The position numbers and the translations under genes are program-made. The notes beneath the pieces are model-generated. The model was given only the letters and a program-made list of their open reading frames with translations, ran no database searches and had not been told where the DNA came from. A DNA stretch of 64,000 nt from Terriglobia bacterium (GTDB taxonomy: Bacteria > Acidobacteriota > Terriglobia > 20CM-2-55-15), in NCBI GenBank assembly GCA_963664115.2, contig CAXWPJ010000002.1:384001-448000 (forward strand). The letters run 5' to 3'. Below are positions 59,122-64,000 of this stretch, one piece after another; the first letter of the stretch is position 1; every line of letters starts with the position of its first letter.

Positions 59122-60324
59122 CTAGAGAGCCCGGGAACCAATGCTGAAAATGGGCAGATACAGTGAAACCAAAATCGCTGCAACGAAACCCGCTACGAAG
59201 ATCAGAATGACCGGCTCAACCCAGCTGAGTAAAGAGGTCAACCTCAAATCCAGATCTTCGTCGTAAAAATCTGCGACATGATTCAACATGTCGGGCAATG
59301 CGCCAGTCTGCTCGCCCACCTGAATCATTTCGAGAGCCAACTCCGGAAACCGCCCTGTCGCCTCCAGCGAATCGGCCAGAGACATGCCTTCACGAACGCG
59401 GGCCGTCCCCGCTCGGATCGCTGCGGCAATCACGCGATTGCCCGAGGATTCGTGCGCGACCTCGAGCGCGGAAACCAGGGGGATTCCGCCTGACAAGAGC
59501 GTAGAGAGGGTCCGCGAGAGCTGGGCAATCGCAAACATAGACCAAATCGTCCCAAGAACGGGCACACGAAGCTTGAGGTCATCGATCCAGACGCGACCGC
59601 CAGTGGAACTCCTCCACACCCTGAAGATGATGAAGAGTCCAACGACCAGGGGTATCCCCAGAATCAAACTGCTTTGTATGACTCCGGAAACCGCGATCAA
59701 CACCTGGGTCGGAAACGGCAACGCCGCTCCCAGGCCTTCGTAGAGCTCTGCGAATCGCGGAATGACATAGCCGAGGATCACCCCAACCATCACTATAGAA
59801 AGGACAACCAGAAACGCCGGATAGATCAATGAATTGCGGAATTTCTTGCTGGCACTCAGGATAATCCTCTCGTAACGAATGTAGCGTTGGATGACCTCTT
59901 CCAGGTTACCGCTGCGTTCGCCCGCGAAGACAGACGCCGTATAAACCTTCGGAAAGACACCCTCCTCTTCGAGCGCTGCCGATAAATCAATACCGGAATG
60001 TACCCGATCCCGTACTTTCTCAATGTGGGAGCGAAGGCTCGGGTTGGCGATCCGGTTCCGGAGCAGATCGAGGGATCGGAGAATCGGTAATCCTGCTCGT
60101 ATCAGTGCAACGAATTGCTGATTGAAAGCAATAAAGTCCTGAGACGTGAAACCTTGTGCTTTGGCGCGACCCAGCGCAGGCAGTGACCAGATCTTGGCCT
60201 TGATAGAGAGAGGCAGGAAACCCTGTTCGCGAATTCTTGTGCGAACTTCCTCGGCAGTCTGCCCGACATACACCTCTCGGACGACCCCACCGTTTGGCTT
60301 GGAATACCTGCAGTTGAATTCCAT
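59122..60324 (-). CDS. pilC: GspF/PilC platform protein
   Basis: AGLPIL, AGERSGNL, LIYP, VGEQTG.L, WVEP, YLPIF. Confidence 0.92.
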   Translation of the reverse strand: MEFNCRYSKPNGGVVREVYVGQTAEEVRTRIREQGFLPLSIKAKIWSLPALGRAKAQGFTSQDFIAFNQQFVALIRAGLPILRSLDLLRNRIANPSLRSHIEKVRDRVHSGIDLSAALEEEGVFPKVYTASVFAGERSGNLEEVIQRYIRYERIILSASKKFRNSLIYPAFLVVLSIVMVGVILGYVIPRFAELYEGLGAALPFPTQVLIAVSGVIQSSLILGIPLVVGLFIIFRVWRSSTGGRVWIDDLKLRVPVLGTIWSMFAIAQLSRTLSTLLSGGIPLVSALEVAHESSGNRVIAAAIRAGTARVREGMSLADSLEATGRFPELALEMIQVGEQTGALPDMLNHVADFYDEDLDLRLTSLLSWVEPVILIFVAGFVAAILVSLYLPIFSIGSRAL

Positions 60325-60361
60325 ACATTACCTACAGGCAAGCACTAAAGAAGCAGGAGAG

Positions 60362-61051
60362 CTACTGTGCGATTCCCTCCACAATCTCAGTTCCGGCCGG
60401 GAGCAAAAACTCGAACAACGAACGATCCAGACCGCTATTGGTTTCGACTCGGTCGAAAACGAACTCCATAACGGAATTATCCGCATAGGTCATCCGGACT
60501 CTCCGGATGTCGAAAGTCGCAGGATCCACGTCCAGGACCACTTCGTCGACGTCGGATTCCCGCCGCGGAACCATCCGGAGGACCGCTGCGCCAGGCACTC
60601 TAGGGGGAATCCCCACCGGATTCAATGCGATACTTGTGAACTCGCTTTCGAGATCCGACCGGCCGAGGAGGAACATGATGGGAATCCTGTCATCGTAGCC
60701 CTCACCCAACCTGTCACGGTTCACCTGCTGCTGGGACGGAACGTAGAGATAGGCCGTGTCACCATCGGTCACGAAGAGCTTCTCCTCCGGGCTCCGATAC
60801 TCCCACCGCATCATCCTGGGCCGCCTCAGATATAAATGACCCTCCTCCTCTATGGTTTCGTTCAATGAATCTTCATAAATCTGCAAAAAATCGGCGGACA
60901 TGTCGTTCATGCCTTCGAGTTTCTCCCGAACGCCGTCCAATAAAGCCACGAGACCGAGCGATTGTCCCCGGGCGCTGGGAGACAACACCAGTAACACCGC
61001 CACAAGCGTCGCCAGCGCGGGAAGGAACGTTCTTGGGCCATTGAAGCTCAT
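60362..61051 (-). CDS. lolA: Outer-membrane lipoprotein carrier LolA-like protein
   Basis: Signal peptide; SADF.Q, GHLYLRRP..MRWEY..P, DG, F.F..P.G. Confidence 0.85.
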   Translation of the reverse strand: MSFNGPRTFLPALATLVAVLLVLSPSARGQSLGLVALLDGVREKLEGMNDMSADFLQIYEDSLNETIEEEGHLYLRRPRMMRWEYRSPEEKLFVTDGDTAYLYVPSQQQVNRDRLGEGYDDRIPIMFLLGRSDLESEFTSIALNPVGIPPRVPGAAVLRMVPRRESDVDEVVLDVDPATFDIRRVRMTYADNSVMEFVFDRVETNSGLDRSLFEFLLPAGTEIVEGIAQ

Positions 61052-61148
61052 GAAAACAGTCTAACCCAGATATATAAAGAATCGTTGTGATCGGGATGGC
61101 TGCGGGTTCGGAGGCAAGAGGACAGCGGGTGCGGGGAACGGGCGGGTA

Positions 61149-61598
61149 CTAACCCACTGGATCTCCAGCGCTGACGCCGGTGGGCAGGGTTTCCCCCGAT
61201 GCTGCGTCTCGATAGCGGACGACGAAGTCCACCGCGGAATAGTAATTATATCGGCCTTGCGTACCCGTCGCGATCGCGGAAACCGTGTAGTCTGAAGTTC
61301 CACCACCGTACACGCTGTAGGCATATCCGGCTAGCACTGCCCCATTTGCTGTGAAGCGGGCGTCGAGCATCCCCCCAGAGGACAAATCCCCAAGACTTCC
61401 AAAAGTGCCGTTCGTAGACAAGTAGGTGGTCTGCGCGGCATTGACGTTCTTGAGCGTCGACACCGCCGCGGACTCGTTCGCTGCCTGCCGGGATCGCAGT
61501 AGACTTGGAATCGCAATCGTGGCAATGATCAGGATGATCGCCACGACGATCAGGAGCTCAAGAAGGGAAAAGCCATGTTGTGACGAAATTTTTCTCAT
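61149..61598 (-). CDS. Type IV pilin (paralogue 2)
   Basis: HG|FSLLELLIVVAIILIIATIAIP; start uncertain by a few codons. Confidence 0.9.
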   Translation of the reverse strand: MRKISSQHGFSLLELLIVVAIILIIATIAIPSLLRSRQAANESAAVSTLKNVNAAQTTYLSTNGTFGSLGDLSSGGMLDARFTANGAVLAGYAYSVYGGGTSDYTVSAIATGTQGRYNYYSAVDFVVRYRDAASGETLPTGVSAGDPVG

Positions 61599-61632
61599 TC
61601 GCATTCGGCTTCGGCTAAATCGTAGTTTAGTT

Positions 61633-61659
61633 GATGAGGGGAACACTGTCCCCCTCATC
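61633..61659 (-). terminator. Hairpin between the two pilin genes
   Basis: GATGAGGGG/CCCCTCATC stem. Confidence 0.55.
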
Positions 61660-61712
61660 TCCTGAAACACTCATGCGAGTGGTATCTGAAAAAATCGAGC
61701 CCAGTCCGATGA

Positions 61713-62153
61713 CTAACCGACTGGATCTCCAGCATTCGTATTGGTCGGCAGGCTCTCTCCCGCCGCCGCATCACGATAGCGCACGACGCCGTCCGGTCCG
61801 CTGTAGTAGTTGAATCGGCCGCTGGTTCCGTCGACAAGAGCTGAAACCCTGTAGTCGCCGGTGCCCCCACCGTACATGGTGTAGGTAAAGCCACCCACAA
61901 CCAGGCCGTCAGCCGAGAACCGGTCATCCAGCAGGCCCGCACCACTCAGGTTCGGAAAAGATCCGAAGCTGCCGTTCGTGGAAACATAGGTCACCTGAGA
62001 TGTGTTGATCGCCCGGAGGTTGGAAACAGCACCGGACTCATTTGCGGCCTGCCGCGACCGCAGCAAGCTGGGGATGGCGATCGTCGCAATGATCAGAATG
62101 ATCGCAACAACGATCAGCAGTTCCAAAAGCGAGAAACCACGACTTTTCTTCAT
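61713..62153 (-). CDS. Type IV pilin (paralogue 1, probable major pilin)
   Basis: GGAGG SD; MKKSRG|FSLLELLIVVAII. Confidence 0.92.
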   Translation of the reverse strand: MKKSRGFSLLELLIVVAIILIIATIAIPSLLRSRQAANESGAVSNLRAINTSQVTYVSTNGSFGSFPNLSGAGLLDDRFSADGLVVGGFTYTMYGGGTGDYRVSALVDGTSGRFNYYSGPDGVVRYRDAAAGESLPTNTNAGDPVG

Positions 62154-62322
62154 TCTTTCGTTCCCTCCCAGGGAATTGTGCAAGATGGCTTTGAGACTCT
62201 AGTCGTCTCTCGTCTAAAGCACGTTACGGTTACGTCAAGTCATACGTCAACAATAATTTTCGGCCTTTTTGAGGCACCGGTGCCCGCATATCGGACCCCA
62301 TCAAAAGCGCTGGTCTTGGTAT

Positions 62323-62338
62323 AGCAACTGCAACGCCA
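62323..62338 (-). promoter_or_regulatory. Sigma-54 (-24/-12) promoter candidate for the pilin operon
   Basis: Minus strand TGGC-GTTGCAG-TTGCT matches TGGC-N7-TTGC. Confidence 0.65.
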
Positions 62339-62479
62339 CAAGGGCCGGGACGTGCGTTTCCTTGCACTTGCGGCTGCCGATCCACCTGGGAAGCGACATA
62401 TTTTGTCACTTCACGTACAAAAAATGGTATACAAAAACCCTCGGGTCGAGCGGATCACCCCGGGTAGTATCAGGAACGC

Positions 62480-64000
62480 ATGATCGAGCCCGACACAGCA
62501 AATCCCATTCCGGTATCTGCTATGCGGCAGTCGTCGAAGCTGCCTTACCTCACGGGAATCGCAGTAGTTCTGTTGGTTTTCGTCACGCCATTCGGAAGCG
62601 AATCCACCGCTGGATGGGCCATTTTCGTCCACCGTGCGTTGTTGTTTGCCATCGCCGGGATGTGCCTTGTCGGCCTCCGCGATCGGGAAACACGCGACTT
62701 TGGGATTGGAATATATGCCCTGGCCAGCCTCAGCCTGCTGATTATGTTCCTGGCCGTCTGGAGCAGTAATAGAAACCTCTTTGATGGATTTCATCTCTGG
62801 TACCACCACATATTGTTTGCCCTGTTCTTCGTCGCTATCGCACGGTTAAGCCGCACGCAGTCAATGCGGTGGAAGTCGGGAGTGTTGGCATCGGTGACCT
62901 CCGTCATGGTCGGCCACCTGATATGGAGCACCCTCACCGAAATTACGCCGCTATCGGGGCCATTCGTAAACCCCAACTATTTCGGCTCCTATCTGCTGGT
63001 GGGATTCTCAATCAGCCTCGCGATCGCTGCCCGTCACGTAGCGATTCGCTGGCGCATCGCGGGAGCCCTCTCAGCAACGTTTTTGCTGTACGGGATCACT
63101 CAGACACTGTCGCGTGGCGCCCTCGTGGCCGCGCTTGGCGTCATGGTCCTGGGTCTCTACAAAATGGTCCTGGGTCTCTACAAAATGAACCGGAGGCTGC
63201 AGCTTGCGGCAGCAATAATCGGACTTATCATCCTGCTCTTCCTGCTCGCAGTCTTCAGCCCGCAGCTGATCAACAAGTTTTCTGACATCCAAACGTTCGA
63301 TCCCTACAACTACATGCGTCCTCAAATTTGGAGGAGTACTTTAAATATGATCGGCGAGTCCCCGCTGACCGGGTTGGGGATGAATGCCTATGAAGACGCT
63401 GCCAGTCGCTTCCCCGTAGCGGCCGAAGGAACCGTCGGTCGTTATGCGCGACGACACAAGATGGCCCATTCCGAGTACCTCCACTACAGCGCTGAAATCG
63501 GCATTCCCGGAGCTTTGCTGTTCGTGTCCCTCTTGGCCTATATCTTTCTGGCCCAGGCACGGGCACGGGCGAGGCCCCCGGCAAGCGAAGCATTTCTGAC
63601 AGAAGCCGGATTCCTGGCCGCCGCCGGCATCGGAGCGCACGCACTCGTGGACAATAACTTCAGTGTCCCCGTCGTTGCGGCGGTTCTGACCGTGGTGGCC
63701 CTGGCGCCACTGCCCATGCCGCGATATTCCAGCATCCGTCTGCCCCGTTCCCTTGAAGGCAAGACGGTCCTAGCGTTCGTCCTGGTCGCATTGTTCGCCC
63801 ACTCCACCATCGTTCCAACTTTGGCAGCTTACTTCAACGAATCGGGGCAACGGGCATTTCAAAACGAACGGTTTGACGCAGCTGAACGGGCCCACAGGCG
63901 TGCAGTCGCCCTAGCTCCTGACCATCCGCTGCTGCTGACGAATCTCGGCACCATGTATCTGGCCCGATTCTCGCGTACCGGAGATCCGCACTGGCTCGAC
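62480..64000 (+). CDS. O-antigen ligase (Wzy_C)/O-oligosaccharyltransferase-like membrane protein with TPR tail, truncated by the window edge
   Basis: Not in the ORF track (no stop in window); own translation from ATG 62480 gives GPFVNPNY, TLSRGA, RPQIW, PLTGLG, AHSEYLHYSAEIGIPG. Confidence 0.85.
   Translation, partial: MIEPDTANPIPVSAMRQSSKLPYLTGIAVVLLVFVTPFGSESTAGWAIFVHRALLFAIAGMCLVGLRDRETRDFGIGIYALASLSLLIMFLAVWSSNRNLFDGFHLWYHHILFALFFVAIARLSRTQSMRWKSGVLASVTSVMVGHLIWSTLTEITPLSGPFVNPNYFGSYLLVGFSISLAIAARHVAIRWRIAGALSATFLLYGITQTLSRGALVAALGVMVLGLYKMVLGLYKMNRRLQLAAAIIGLIILLFLLAVFSPQLINKFSDIQTFDPYNYMRPQIWRSTLNMIGESPLTGLGMNAYEDAASRFPVAAEGTVGRYARRHKMAHSEYLHYSAEIGIPGALLFVSLLAYIFLAQARARARPPASEAFLTEAGFLAAAGIGAHALVDNNFSVPVVAAVLTVVALAPLPMPRYSSIRLPRSLEGKTVLAFVLVALFAHSTIVPTLAAYFNESGQRAFQNERFDAAERAHRRAVALAPDHPLLLTNLGTMYLARFSRTGDPHWLD

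Noticed and set aside
61149-62153. Electrically conductive (e-pilin) interpretation
   Set aside because: No aromatic residue between Phe1 and about residue 50, unlike Geobacter-type e-pilins
1-64000. Many overlapping ORFs in the six-frame track (e.g. 19950..20861, 14205..14978, 58346..59125, 50213..50905)
   Set aside because: Antisense or off-frame shadows of well-supported genes in GC-rich DNA, with no recognisable motifs

Overview
A GC-rich bacterial chromosome segment; the gene content suggests Acidobacteriota, but that is inference. (1) 1-12.5 kb is an accessory island of mostly exported proteins. It has two DUF6152-like proteins whose predicted mature N-termini begin His-His and four paralogues of an uncharacterised two-cysteine secreted family. 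It also has a tandem DoxX fusion, two Tat-type dienelactone hydrolases, a PufC-like diheme cytochrome, a PQQ/sorbosone-dehydrogenase-like lipoprotein, a PAL-like NHL propeller and a class II aldolase/decarboxylase. (2) 12.8-53.7 kb holds housekeeping and envelope genes: uvrB, lepB, rnc, asnS, coaE, folD, a lytic transglycosylase, dusB, tRNA-Sec, HU and an isocitrate-type dehydrogenase. It also carries an IS630, an IS4 with a 9-bp target duplication and two frameshifted genes. (3) 53.9-64 kb is a type IV pilus/T2SS-like operon with two pilins, a sigma-54-type promoter and a divergent O-antigen-ligase/OTase-like gene that runs off the window. The two most novel-looking observations are the His-His/two-Cys periplasmic module and a ~320-bp non-coding element. 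That element occurs in two diverged copies (23064-23383 and ~49841-50141), and its hairpins are preserved by compensatory changes. All calls come from motif recognition by eye; no database searches were run.
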